DNA of 63,963 nucleotides, the filler included, from Craspedostauros australis (lineage: Eukaryota), in assembly GCA_030167865.1 (NCBI GenBank). It is 16 parts of 16 records of this genome, joined end to end, with 100 filler letters (N's around TTAATTAATTAA, not from the genome) between each part and the next. Parts side by side here need not be neighbours in the genome. Positions count along the whole stretch, not along the records: positions 51,442 to 56,966 come from JALAGF010004645.1; positions 57,067 to 60,691 come from JALAGF010004646.1; positions 60,792 to 62,205 come from JALAGF010004649.1; positions 62,306 to 63,963 come from JALAGF010004652.1; 12 more parts are not named here. The stretch is one strand, 5' to 3'. Under the pieces are notes generated by a model. The model was not told the origin of the DNA and ran no database searches. It was given only the letters and a program-made list of their open reading frames with translations. Below, piece by piece: positions 51,442-62,869 of the stretch. Each line of letters begins with the position of its first letter. Position 1 is the first letter of the stretch. The position numbers and the translations under genes are program-made.

Positions 51442-52295
51442 CTAGAGCGACATTGCGTCAACCACACCTCATCCGACATCTCATCGAAGAGTTCGGAACC
51501 AAGGTTGAGAAGATGCAACGCTATGGGACACCGGGAACCCCGGGTCAAATCATCGTACGACCATCCGAAGATAACGGACTACAGAAGGTCGGACCGGAGG
51601 AACATGCCGAATACCGCCGAGGCGTCGGTATGCTACTCTTCCTCATCAAGCACTCGCGACCAGATATCGCGAACCCTGTGAGAGAACTCTCCAAGGTATT
51701 GATCGGGCCCACCAAGGCNNCAATGAAGGAGATGTATTGGATCATCAAGTATGTGATCGATACAAAGGACTATGGATTGAAGATCCATCCAGCACGTCCA
51801 GACGACGATGGCTGGGACATAGAGCTCTTCTGCGATAGCGAATATGCAGGAGACAAGAACACGAGAATCAGTGTAGGAGGGTTCATCCTATACCTGTGCA
51901 AGGTTCCAATCCTTTGGCGGTCCAAGGCACAGAAGGCCGTCACACTCAGCTCATCCGAAGCAGAATACATTGCCCTTTCCGAAGCGGCAAAGGAGATCTT
52001 CTTCGTCGTGCAGCTACTCGAAAGTGTGGGCGTCCCAGTGAAGACACCGATCAAGGTCCGTGTGGACAACATCGGAGCAATCTTCATTGCCAAGAACCCA
52101 TCAACATCCCAACAATCGCGGCACATCGACGTGCGCCATCACTACGTAAGGAATATGATAATCAACAAAACCATCGAAATCATTTTCGTCAAATCCAAGC
52201 AGAACACAAGCGACCGATTCACCAAGAACATCAAGGCCGACTTACAACGTGAGCACGAGAAGTCGTACCTTGACACATCAAGAACATTCGAATGA
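51442..52295 (+). mobile_element. Ty1/copia RT C-terminus + RNase H
   Basis: YRRGVGMLLFLIKHSRPDIANPVRELS, FCDSEYAGD, WRSKAQKAVTLSSSEAEYIALSE, VDNIGAI, HIDVRHHYVR, FTKN. Confidence 0.93.
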
Positions 52296-52315
52296 CGGAA
52301 TGCACACAGGAAGGG

Positions 52316-53093
52316 TGTTGGGATGTACAAGCGTGTATGTGCATCGTTCACCCGCTATTCTTGTATACACATGTACGGACGGTACAACTACATTCGTTTC
52401 AATAGTGAACTGTGATGTGTCAAAATCACATCACAAATCGAGCACATGAAAATGAACAGAATTTCTGGAGGAAATCTGCAATCAACGATTTCTGAGAGCA
52501 TCAGGAACATCGTTCGTCCATCAACCAAAGGGAACGTACGGCATCGAGTGAAACTCGATGTACTTCCCAACTAAACCTCAAATGACGACATCCTCGCCAG
52601 ACCATCACATCATCGATGGAACATGGAGTCTGAAGGACTGTGAAAGCCAACAGCTGACATCGACAAGATGTCATCGTGTCACCACATTGGCATCTGTCTC
52701 CACATCAGATCAAGAAGGCAAAGATTCGATGACCAAGGGACATTGAGATTGTGGATATACAAGGAGGAGTTGATACAAGATATTGGAGATTACTCATGGA
52801 GTAGCGGGCCGATAGAGAACGAAATGACGGAGTATATACCAAGTACGGAGTACGTATCGTATACAGAATATTGCGTAGTACCAACATGCAACATTGAGAG
52901 AGAGAGAGAGTACGAGCAACAGCGAGAGAGCATCTCGCGTGCCGGCTTATAGTCGGACCAACAGCAGATACCAGGAGCATTGGGAGACTCCAAGAGCATT
53001 GGACTAGCAACGTAATGAAATAGCAACAGAACTATAACAACCACTACCGTCACCTACAGTTGCAAGAGTATCCGTGAGCGGAACTTGCCAACA
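52316..53093 (+). repeat. 3' LTR (778 bp) of the copia element
   Basis: Preceded by the polypurine tract AGGAAGGG (52308-52315) just after the pol stop. Termini TGTTGG...CCAACA. Homologous to the LTR end at 19874-20234. Confidence 0.88.
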
Positions 53094-54014
53094 TGCATTA
53101 TGTGAGCTGTGCGCTGCGCACCCCGAAACCCACAGCCAACACATATTTGAGGATCACATGGGCGTTGCATGAATCGCAATGGCGTCATAAGGTGAGAATG
53201 ATGGTGCACCATGGCAAAGAGGAGCAATGATCCAATGGGTGTGAAGGAAGTTGAGTCACGCAGCAGAGAAGCATCTGCTCAATAGATGGCGAACAATGAT
53301 GACACTATAGTAGAGTCTACAATAGTACTGCGTTGCACAATCGCACTCTACTGAAGTCAACGCTGTGCACTTCTCTCCCCCAAGATGAAGGAGCACTACC
53401 GCTTAGCAGACACACACACAAACTACCAGACAGACTAACAAGACAACACAAGATGCTGACATGACGGTATACCCTACAAGACCGATAGAACTGAAACCGA
53501 AGTCGGGATTGATGCCACATGATGGGAAGAACCCGGATCTAGTTTTCCTGTTGGACAAAAGAGACATTAATACAGATGTTGGATTTTACCGCTGCTTCGT
53601 CCGTTGGGCATGGCCGGCGGACACATTTCCGCCTGGTCGGCGTGATGGCTGAATCCTTTCCAGTACATATTCCGCGGCGATTCTCTGATTCCCACCAGGC
53701 TTCTCTCGTTGAATGATGACTGTCGATCGTGCGAAATTGGTTGAACGATCAGACCGAGACATGGTGAGCAATCGAATGTATCACTTCGCTCACCCCTCTG
53801 TCTCAGTGGTATTATACTATTCACTCGTATTCTGTACTGCAACGTACCCTACTCTATTGCGGCATGATGTCGGGTATTCGTAGGACGATGATTTCATGAA
53901 GTGTGCTGGACCTTCAACTTCTTTATCTCACAAATCTCAATCATTTCACAAACCAAAAGCAAACCAACGCCACCAACCCACACTATCAACCGACACTACC
54001 AACAACATCCAACC

Positions 54015-54824
54015 ATGAAGATCACCTCAGTCGCAACCCTTTTCATCGCCGCCGCCATGGCCACCAACTTCCACCTCGTGGCTGCCAGTGGAACCAAACA
54101 AGGCACCATCCGTGGCCGTCGCTTGAGCTCCAGCGCATCCTCTGGCTCTGGCTCTGCCTCTGGCTCTGCCTCCGGCTCAATCTTTTCTGCCTCCAAGGAC
54201 ACTTCCACCAGCAAATCCAGCTCTGATGGCCGTCGCTTGAGCTCCAGCACTTCTGCTGGCTCCGGATCTGTCTCTTCTGCAGATTCGCCAGACTCTCCTG
54301 GCGCTTCTGCCAGCAAGTCCGGCTCCCACAGCCGCCGCTTGAGCTCCAGCGCATCCTCTGGATCTGGCTCTGCCTCTGCCTCCGGCTCAATCTTTTCTGC
54401 CTCCAAGGACACTTCCACCAGCAAATCCAGCTCTGATGGCCGTCGCTTGAGCTCCAGCACTTCTGCTGGCTCCGGATCTGTCTCTTCTGCAGATTCGCCA
54501 GACTCTCCTGGCGCTTCTGCCAGCAAGTCCGGCTCCCACAGCCGCCGCTTGAGCTCCAGCGCATCCTCTGGCTCTGCCTCTGCCTCTGCCTCCGGCTCAA
54601 TCTTTTCTGCCTCCAAGGACACTTCCACCAGCAAATCCAGCTCTGATGGCCGTCGCTTGAGCTCCAGCACTTCTGCTGGCTCCGGATCTGTCTCTTCTGC
54701 AGATTCGCCAGACTCTCCTGGCGCTTCTGCCAGCAAGTCCGGCTCCCACAGCCGCCGCTTGAGCTCCAGCGCATCCTCTGGATCTGGCTCTGTGTCTTCT
54801 GCGTCCTCCAGTTCATCGGAGTAA
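54015..54824 (+). CDS. Secreted Ser/Gly/Ala-rich polypeptide precursor with seven RRL motifs (silacidin/silaffin-like architecture), 269 aa
   Basis: ACCATG start, signal peptide MKITSVATLFIAAAMATNFHLVAA, then IRG-RRL. Alternating peptides A (SSSASSGSGSAS..SGSIFSASKDTSTSKSSSDG) and B (SSSTSAGSGSVSSADSPDSPGASASKSGSHS), each preceded by RRL. Near-identical ~210-bp DNA repeats. Confidence 0.8.
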   Translation: MKITSVATLFIAAAMATNFHLVAASGTKQGTIRGRRLSSSASSGSGSASGSASGSIFSASKDTSTSKSSSDGRRLSSSTSAGSGSVSSADSPDSPGASASKSGSHSRRLSSSASSGSGSASASGSIFSASKDTSTSKSSSDGRRLSSSTSAGSGSVSSADSPDSPGASASKSGSHSRRLSSSASSGSASASASGSIFSASKDTSTSKSSSDGRRLSSSTSAGSGSVSSADSPDSPGASASKSGSHSRRLSSSASSGSGSVSSASSSSSE

Positions 54825-57066
54825 ATAGGCTCCCCAGGTTCCCCGACTCTGCAGACATTCCAGACGTCCCAAGTCGTCCCTCTCTTGAGTGATCTCGTCG
54901 GACTCCGGCATCTAAAGAGACGTAATCAGCGCACTCTACTTTACACATCATGCATTTAACTTGCCAAGTTGCCTCACATTTCGGCCATCAGACGGACCAA
55001 GCAGCCCCACACGACCAATCGCGAACCGGAAACCTTGGTCAGTCAACAGACGGAAAAGGCAATAGCAATGGCAGAATAATCAATAGGAATGCACTGCTTT
55101 ACCAACAAAAACCCTATCCTGCTTCCAAAACATTGTGTTGTCGTGCCTGCTCGAGATTCCATATCCATAGTGATTTTTTGTGTGTGCCTCCGAAGGCACT
55201 TTCTCTAGTGGCTAGTGGCTAATTTCCGGTTTTTTGGCACTTTTTGGTAATTATTGGTAACCATTGGCCTACCGCCGACGGCACAAGCAACCATTCGATG
55301 AGCTGATGGCCGTTGGCCAACATCTTTGCACCATTAGAAAGAGGAGAGTGAGAGCTCTCTGTTGATGTGTTCATTGTAGGCAAACGGTCTCCGCTTGCTG
55401 TTCATCTTGATGCCTGTTTTAACCCTTTATCGGCCTTTTTCGTACGGACGACGTACGGACGTAGCTTCGGAATTTCATCGTTGGTAACCATTGGTAACCG
55501 CGTAGAGTCTACGACATTCTGGTACAGAAACTTGTTGCTTCTTCGTCCAATCTCGACCGACTGCCTTCCAAAGACCCGCATCCAATTCTGTTTCGTCTGT
55601 TGCACAAGTGAATGGCATGGCTGTATTCGTCGCTTCATCCTGCTTCGGGTGGTGTGCTGGTCAGCGGTCCAGAATGCTTTTGTGTGTTGCTTTGGGTGTT
55701 TGAAGTCAGTCACTAATTCTCGTGACAGCCATGATCATCGATCCGTGAACGCACAAAAGCTCGCGCCAAAAATTATCGTGCGTTTTTACGTGTTGTAGAT
55801 TCGTACTGTGCTGCTCACCTGAGTCTCTCTACTTGATGCAAGGTTGTGCCTCGCGCTGATGTCGGATCATCGTGCCGTTGCTTTCAATAGACGCATTACC
55901 CTCTCCTGCACCTGCCCATGTAGTCTTGGTCTTCGAACCTCAGTTCCTCCAAAGATATATCAATTGCAAGCTATTTTCGTCACTTTACCACGTCCTATCC
56001 TCGCGAGGAAACATCGCTTCCTGATCACGCGCCACAGCTGTCTTCATTGACGCCGGTTGTTACACCCTCTCAAAGAGTAGCTACATATCTCACGCTCATG
56101 CGATGGGTGGGGTCGTCGACACAGTCGCCGCTCGAGCTCTATCAAACCGCGTTCGAATCGTTCTGTGGAGGTAGCCTGATGTTCTACACTGGTCTTGAGC
56201 GCCGCTAAGGCCAATCGAACACTGGCATCTACATTTCGCACGCGATACATGCCAAAATGCGCGCACATTGCATGGAAATTATGCGCGGCGCAGTTGCACA
56301 TGCTCAGTGATGCGGAAGATCCAAAGAAGAGCGGTCAGAGCATGGCGAGATTCGACTCCTCAGTGCGAAACAGTCGACTCTACTATATTCTGGACTGCTA
56401 TTGTGTGCTGCTGATATCCAAGGGATCATTGCTCTCCCAAGCAGGATGGATACAATGATACACATGCATCCAAGTTGCTTTTGCCAAGATGGTTGCTGGT
56501 GTACGGAATTTCGGAGTAGAACTGAAACGCTATGTCGAAATGTGTGTACTCGGATGTGTATGCATCAGTCACACTTGCTTGCCGCCATCTAGACTATTTG
56601 GTGGCGGAATCACGACACAAAACTATGACGTCACAGCGATACCATCGCTGTACCACGAGGACACCGCGATACTACGACGCCAGGATACCGCGATACCAGC
56701 GAATACCACAGTATCCACCACACCTGACGTCACATCAAGGCCTTACCTACCAGGTCTACAGGAATGCAATATGTTTTAAACACTCCATCAGATTCGATCA
56801 ATCATCAGATTCAACAAAACCCGAGAACGGAACAACGACGAGACAACGAGAGAAAGACGACAACGTTGATGATCAAGTCAACATCAACGAGCAACATGAG
56901 AGCAATGTGCATGGAGGTGCAAGAGGATTGCACCAAGCAATGAGAGCAAGGAAGAGATGGATCAAGNNNNNNNNNNNNNNNNNNNNNNNNNNNNNNNNNN
57001 NNNNNNNNNNTTAATTAATTAANNNNNNNNNNNNNNNNNNNNNNNNNNNNNNNNNNNNNNNNNNNN

Positions 57067-58383
57067 CAGAATATGGCTGTGACAGCAGCGGCGCATGCTA
57101 CGAATGCATGACAAAAACCAACTGCGACAGCGACGAAGTCTTCATTATCTGCGATGCTGCCGTCGCCTGCCCCAAAGACGTCGATGGCGACCCAACCAGT
57201 GAAAAGGGTCGATCAATTCTGCATCAACAAAGACCAACGCCCAACAGATTGCCCAACTTTCGCCCCCTTCTCCGCTGNNNNNNNNNNNNNNNNNNNNNNN
57301 NNNNNNNNNNNNNNNNNNNNNNNNNNNNNNNNNNNNNNNAACAAACTCCCCAACCATCAACAAGACCACCCTGCAGACCCTTTGCTTGAATGAGGCTGGG
57401 GAGGTTGCTGCGGGCTTCACCTCCGGACCAGTCGTCCTCTGCGATGATGATGTGGGCACATGCGCGCAATTCGTCAACGACATCGAGTCTCTCCCAACGA
57501 ACAAGGACAGGTTCGTGAAGAGCATCTTCGGATGCGATGACGACCAAGGCAGCCGGACGTCGCAGGAACAGGTGCAGGTGCGATTCCATCGCATCAAGAA
57601 TGACCCCCAAGCAATCGCAGCCATCCTCACCGCTCTCGAAGGCGATGGCATCCTTCTCACTGCGAACGCCACAAGCCTATCCACGAGATGCGGTGCTGTG
57701 GGCGGGGCCTGCCGCCGAGGAACTCTCGGTTGGACTCTCAGGAGCGACATCACGATCACCCTGGACTCATGTGCAAGCAATAGTTCCTGCGAAGGGGTTT
57801 CAAAGAATGCCATCATCCTCGGCAGCTGTCTCGGACCAAAATCCTGCAAGAATATTGGATCTTTTTCCAGCCCTCCCAGCGCCACGGCCACCATTGGCTA
57901 CCAGATCATCGGGCCGCCGCATGCACCAGCACAAACAGCTGTGAGAATCTTGGGCAGAACATCTACGGCAACATTCGGATGCAAAGCGGAGGACGCAATG
58001 GCGTGGATGGCTGCAAAGGCCATGGAATTTGCGCTGCCCAGTCTGCCAGTATCTCCACGCCTACGCTTGCCAACATCGACGTGGGGACGAACGCTTGTCA
58101 GGGACAACACGCTAGTCAGAATGTTCACGCTGGCCCGTTCAAGACTCTCGGTGGTATCACCATCGGCAGTGGCGCATGCTTGTCACGAGACAGCTGAAAT
58201 GGTGTTGCCAACTCCAACTCGGCGGTTGATGATTTGGTCGTGGCAGCGAACACCTGCGCGGCTCCAAGCAACTGTCAGGACTGCGTGGCGACAGACATGT
58301 GCAGTGGCCCTCCTGGCCGGACCTACATCATCGACATCCCATCCAACAACTGCCCTGGACGCAGTAGTGATACGTGCTCTTGA
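57067..58383 (+). pseudogene. Cys-rich (IGxxSCxGxxSC-type) repeat surface/secreted protein, apparently disrupted
   Basis: SCASNSSC, GSCLGPKSC. After a frameshift near 57910: ACTSTNSC, IDVGTNACQG, ITIGSGACLSRDS*, NTCAAPSNCQDC, ending at TGA 58381-58383. In-frame TGA at 58195-58197. Confidence 0.55.
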
Positions 58384-58882
58384 AAAATGAAATGGCAGAC
58401 CGCACTCTCAGGGCGCGCACAGGAATGGGAGTTCGAACATCACGACGTGTCCACATGTACGCCCATGCTCATACGGTCGCATCTTCCGCAGCGGCAAGAC
58501 AGCACGGATGCGATCCATATTCAGAACGAATGGCTCAACTCAACTCCATCGTTGCATATGGCACGATGATCGAAGAATAGAATACATGTTACAATACGGT
58601 CGTGGAACAATCGTTTGCATCCTGTGCTGCGCCGCGCCTTGCCAGTTGTGCATTCTCGTACTTCCATGTGCTAGTATAGCATGATATGGTACCTTCGCCC
58701 ATGACTTCAAGGGAGCATATCCGAAGATGAACCACACAACTTGGCTGCAGTCTCAACCACTCTGTCCAGAAGTCCATACGAAGGCACTGGCGTTCTCGTC
58801 GTACAACTCGCCGAGTACTTCAAACTTGTCCTGTCCGAGGCCAGCTCATCGAGGAAACGGTATGTGCGAACTAAAACGAAGA

Positions 58883-59128
58883 CTTGGTGATGCCATGCTT
58901 GGCTATCTGGAACGTCTGTGTCTGCAGGAGGGGGCGTCCTGCATCTTCGTCTTCAGCATGCAGACGACGGAATGGTTCATCGAATGTGGACTTGACGAGG
59001 TCGATGTCAGCTGGCTGTCACCCAGCCATCACACCGCGTACGATACCAAGCGCAACAACATGATTTGCCTGAAGAAGATCACCAGCGTTCGNGATTTGGA
59101 TGCCTCCGAAATGTGGTGGAATAGATAG
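58883..59128 (+). pseudogene. NAGS: Degenerate C-terminal fragment of N-acetylglutamate synthase (ArgA/NAGS GNAT domain)
   Basis: LGDAMLGYLERLC...IFVFSMQTTEWFIECG.DEV.V..L.PS....Y...R.......KKI...DLDASEMWWNR resembles the ArgA/NAGS C-terminus (LFVLTT.T..WF.ERGF). No upstream kinase-like domain is visible. Confidence 0.6.
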
Positions 59129-59657
59129 ATTACACAAGAAAGGCACAGTGGGTGCAATGGGCACAATGCATAGTCGTATGTAACGTATTATAGGAGCTGC
59201 ACTGGCACATCACATCACATCACAACACAGCATAGTATAGCATACGAGCATTGTATGGTGTGTATTCGTTGCGATCTGCTCTACTCTACTCTACTCTACT
59301 CTGCTCCAACAATACATGGCGATCGTGCTAGTGGCAGTGTCGTCGGCAGGGCACGAGCAGAGATGAATGATCAGAGGATGCATCGTTGGTGCTCCAGTGA
59401 CGAGTACAGACGCGTGGACTTGATGGCAGCAAAGATCGCGAGGGTTGCACATGTGTGATGAAGAGAAAGCGGAATACTGGCATGGTACGGTGTGGTACAG
59501 ACGTACGAGTGTGGTACCAACAAAGAGGAGCCTTTGCCATTCGATTGGTTTGTGCGACACACACCGATTGTGCTGGCGCTCCGATCGACGCAGTTGAGGC
59601 CTTGGAGCGTTTTGTGTGTGTGGTTCGGCTGGAATTTTTCCGACCAGAGCGGCACGA

Positions 59658-59705
59658 CACAACGCGATGGCTCCACAACGCGATGGCTCCACAACGCGAT
59701 GGCTC
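59658..59705. repeat. Three perfect copies of the 16-mer CACAACGCGATGGCTC
   Basis: Seen directly, about 235 bp beyond the stop of the mariner-like ORF. Confidence 0.9.
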
Positions 59706-59940
59706 CACGACGCACACCATTCACGACACAAAAATAACGATCCGTGTCACAAAAATCACATCACAAAACACAAAACAAACACCACTCGTCACAAAACAAA
59801 CACCACACATCACATCACAAAACACACACCACACACACCACACACCACAATCCTCCTTGCCATCAAGCAGACGATGCGCACATAGGCACTCCAATCACAG
59901 GTGTGCCTATAACATATACTACTACTACTTCGATTTGCAG

Positions 59941-60691
59941 CTACACCTCTGCTGTGTTGGTATCCTCTTCTGCTTTGCTGTGATGCTCGTCCTTGCCAAC
60001 GAACATGGCCACTTCGAATGTGTTCATGGTGGGTGCTGCTTCGGCTTTGCTGTTGTTGTTGCAAGGCTCAATGATGTCGGCTTTGCTCTTGCTGGGTTGC
60101 TTCTTTCTCTTCTTGTCTTTCTTCTGTTGCTCAGCCTCCTCATTGGCTCTGGTTGTCGCAACGATTTGCTTCACCAGCAACGGAATGAGGCTGCTGGTTG
60201 TTGGCAGATTCGTTTTCAGGCATTGCAGTCCACTGACAGCCATCACATTGAGCGCATCATCATACATACCTTTGATGTCGGGCTTGGTGTATTTGAAGCC
60301 AGCTGATTTGCCTTTGTTGCCTGTTGCAGTTGGTTTCTTGGTGGTCGCGCGGGTTGCCTCATCCTCCTCCAACACGAAGTCCGTGTGAGACACAGTAACG
60401 CCGATCTCGTTGCCCTCCTTGTCGAATTCAGTGGACGTTTGTTTCCGCACATTCATGTGCAGTCCCTTGCGCTCCGTCACAAATTCGTCACCTCCTTTTG
60501 CAGCACAAATTGCGTAGGCAATCTGATGGTGGCGAACATACGCGCTAGCCACCTTGTCCAGCTTGAATTGTTTCCAACAGGTTCCACAAGCATTCCACAA
60601 CGCCTCAGTGGTAAGCAATCGGCTTCCGTGGTGCTCACCTTGATACGCTGACACGTGTTTCGACATCGCTGGGAATATCGCATCGTCTTTC
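59941..60691 (-). mobile_element. C-terminal part of a Tc1/mariner-like (DD39D-type) transposase
   Basis: Starts at the contig edge with KDDAIFPAMSK, then LW...W......VASAYVRHHQIAYAI...GGDEF...GLH. This resembles the region after the third catalytic Asp of plant/stramenopile mariner transposases. Confidence 0.55.
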
Positions 60692-60791
60692 NNNNNNNNN
60701 NNNNNNNNNNNNNNNNNNNNNNNNNNNNNNNNNNNTTAATTAATTAANNNNNNNNNNNNNNNNNNNNNNNNNNNNNNNNNNNNNNNNNNNN

Positions 60792-62205
60792 GGTGCTCTC
60801 GGCAAAGGACTTGCCGCTCTGCATGTTGGTGTCCGACGACTACATCGAAGACTCCTTCTTCGATAACTTCGAGTGTGTCGGGAATGACGACGAAGTGCAG
60901 GACGATGAGATCGTCCCGGAGTGGCTCAGTGAAGAGCCAATCATCCACGAGGTGGATCCAAGACGCGAAGTGAGCTACGAATGCTGCTTCAACGCGCACG
61001 ACCTGATCGGTTCATACGGCNNNNNNNNNNNNNNNNNNNNNNNNNNNNNNNNNNNNNNNNNNNNNNNNNNNNNNNNNNNNNNNNNNNNNNNNNNNNNNNN
61101 NNNNNNNNNNNNNNNNNNNNNNNNNNNNNNNNNNNNNNNNNNNNNNAATGGCGCAGATGAAGACGACGACGACACCATCAGTGACGGGGCGAACCGCGGC
61201 GAAGCGCCGCCGCCCGCAGCAATGCGAAACGAGAGAGCGGGCATCTTCGATGAAGAGGACAGCGACGAAGCTGAGAACCATACGAACGATGCATTCAACC
61301 CCTACGAGGTCGTCGTCTACCCAATTCGAATCCAATTCCCACCGGAGCCGAATCCCAGAAGAGTCGAAGACATCTACCGACTACAAACCTTCCCAGAACC
61401 AACGGTCACTGCAAAACGAATGCAGAAGCAGCTCATCTACGACGCGGTCCTAACAGCTGCATTGCCGATGTTCCCAGGGTTCGTGAACGAACCATTGCGA
61501 TACATNNNNNNNNNNNNNNNNNNNNNNNNNNNNNNNGATAACTTCAAATCGATTGAAGAGATCCTCGCAAACGCAGCCATCCTCAACCGACTACTGCAAG
61601 CAAACGAAGAGGAGGAACTCTCTGAGCTGGACTTACACTACGTGCTCAGAGGATGCATGCAGGTGCTCCTGCGTGAACGACCACGCGTCACACCGTATGA
61701 CACGGTCACCGGATTTCATCATAACAGCACCGCCCCAGCGAGCTTCGCTGAACTACCAAGCGACGACGAAGCTGACGAGAATCACAATCCATACAACGAA
61801 GATGGAGTGCATGAAGATGAAGAGGCAGACGGCCTCATGGATGAAATGGCCACAGCAGCCGTGGAGCANNNNNNNNNNNNNNNNNNNNNNNNNNNNNNNN
61901 NNNNNNNNNNNNNNNNNNNNNNNNNNNNNNNNNNNNNNNNNNNNNNNNNNNNNNNNNNNGACGCCGCTCTCTTCAACGTGCGGCACATCAAGTCCTTCGT
62001 CCAAGTGGGAGACAGCACGAAGCTGGAATCTCCCAAGATGGGATCCATTCGCTTGAAGGTCAAGCAGCGAGACAACACTGGCCACATCATCCGGCTCGAT
62101 GACGTGAAGTACACACCAAAAATGGCGGTGAACCTTTTCTCTACGAACAAGGCTCTGTACAACAGTTACCAGCTTGGTAACAACGGCATTCTGATGGACA
62201 TCATC
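60792..62205 (+). mobile_element. Ty1/copia pol fragment: acidic pre-protease region + protease beta-barrel
   Basis: LFNVRHIKSFVQVGDSTKLESPKMGSIRLKVKQRD...LDDVKYTPKMAVNLFS parallels the protease at 17869-18220. The catalytic DSGA motif would fall in an N gap. Confidence 0.7.
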
Positions 62206-62305
62206 NNNNNNNNNNNNNNNNNNNNNNNNNNNNNNNNNNNNNNNNNNNNTTAATTAATTAANNNNNNNNNNNNNNNNNNNNNNNNNNNNNNNNNNNNNNN
62301 NNNNN

Positions 62306-62869
62306 GTCAGCACCGTTGTGGAGAATTCTCTGTTGTTGAGAGTTGGTCCACCTGGTCTGTGACTCGTCTTGGAGGCCGGTCCACGACGCGTTTGGTGCGC
62401 CTGCGGTCCAGGGTACCCAGTTGCGTCCTTGCTTGAGGATACCTCCCATGATGGGAACGGTTGGTTTCCCAGAGAGGTCATCGTCGTCGTCGTCACTGTC
62501 CTCGTCTAACTTTCTGCTCTTCTTGGGCATGGGGGTTTCCATGTCGAAGACGCTGTCATCGAGGAAGGACTGGTCCGTCCGGGTTCGTGTGGCGCCGACT
62601 GATCGGCTGCGCCCGAGACCGGAGCGGCTTGGAGTCGCTGTGGCTGTTGCTGCTGCTTGGGCAGTGGCTACAGCCGCGTTCGCTGCTTCTGCAGCGCCTG
62701 TGTGAGGCGGGCGTTTTCGACCGTGATCGCTTCGAGCTGTGCTTGCAGCTCTTCCAGCGTGGCAGGGGTCGTGTCCTCCGCCATGATTGATAGCGGGGAC
62801 TTCTCGAGTAGTCTTCGGACTTCGAGGGGATCGATCTGTTTGCCTTCTTTTGCTCTTGCTCGGCTTCAC
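62306..62869 (-). mobile_element. Possible N-terminus of a diatom LTR-retrotransposon gag
   Basis: PIMGGIL...WTAGAPNASWTGL resembles a motif recalled from diatom retroelement gag N-termini. An LTR-like motif lies upstream at 63518. Confidence 0.35.

Noticed and set aside
53996..54951. Antisense repeat ORFs (246 and 302 aa, minus strand)
   Set aside because: Shadows of the plus-strand repeat gene, which has the ATG context, signal peptide and RRL logic.
55244..55500. Repeated TTGGTAACCATTGG motifs as MITE or transposon subterminal repeats
   Set aside because: Only two clear copies, and no TIR/TSD pair could be defined by eye.
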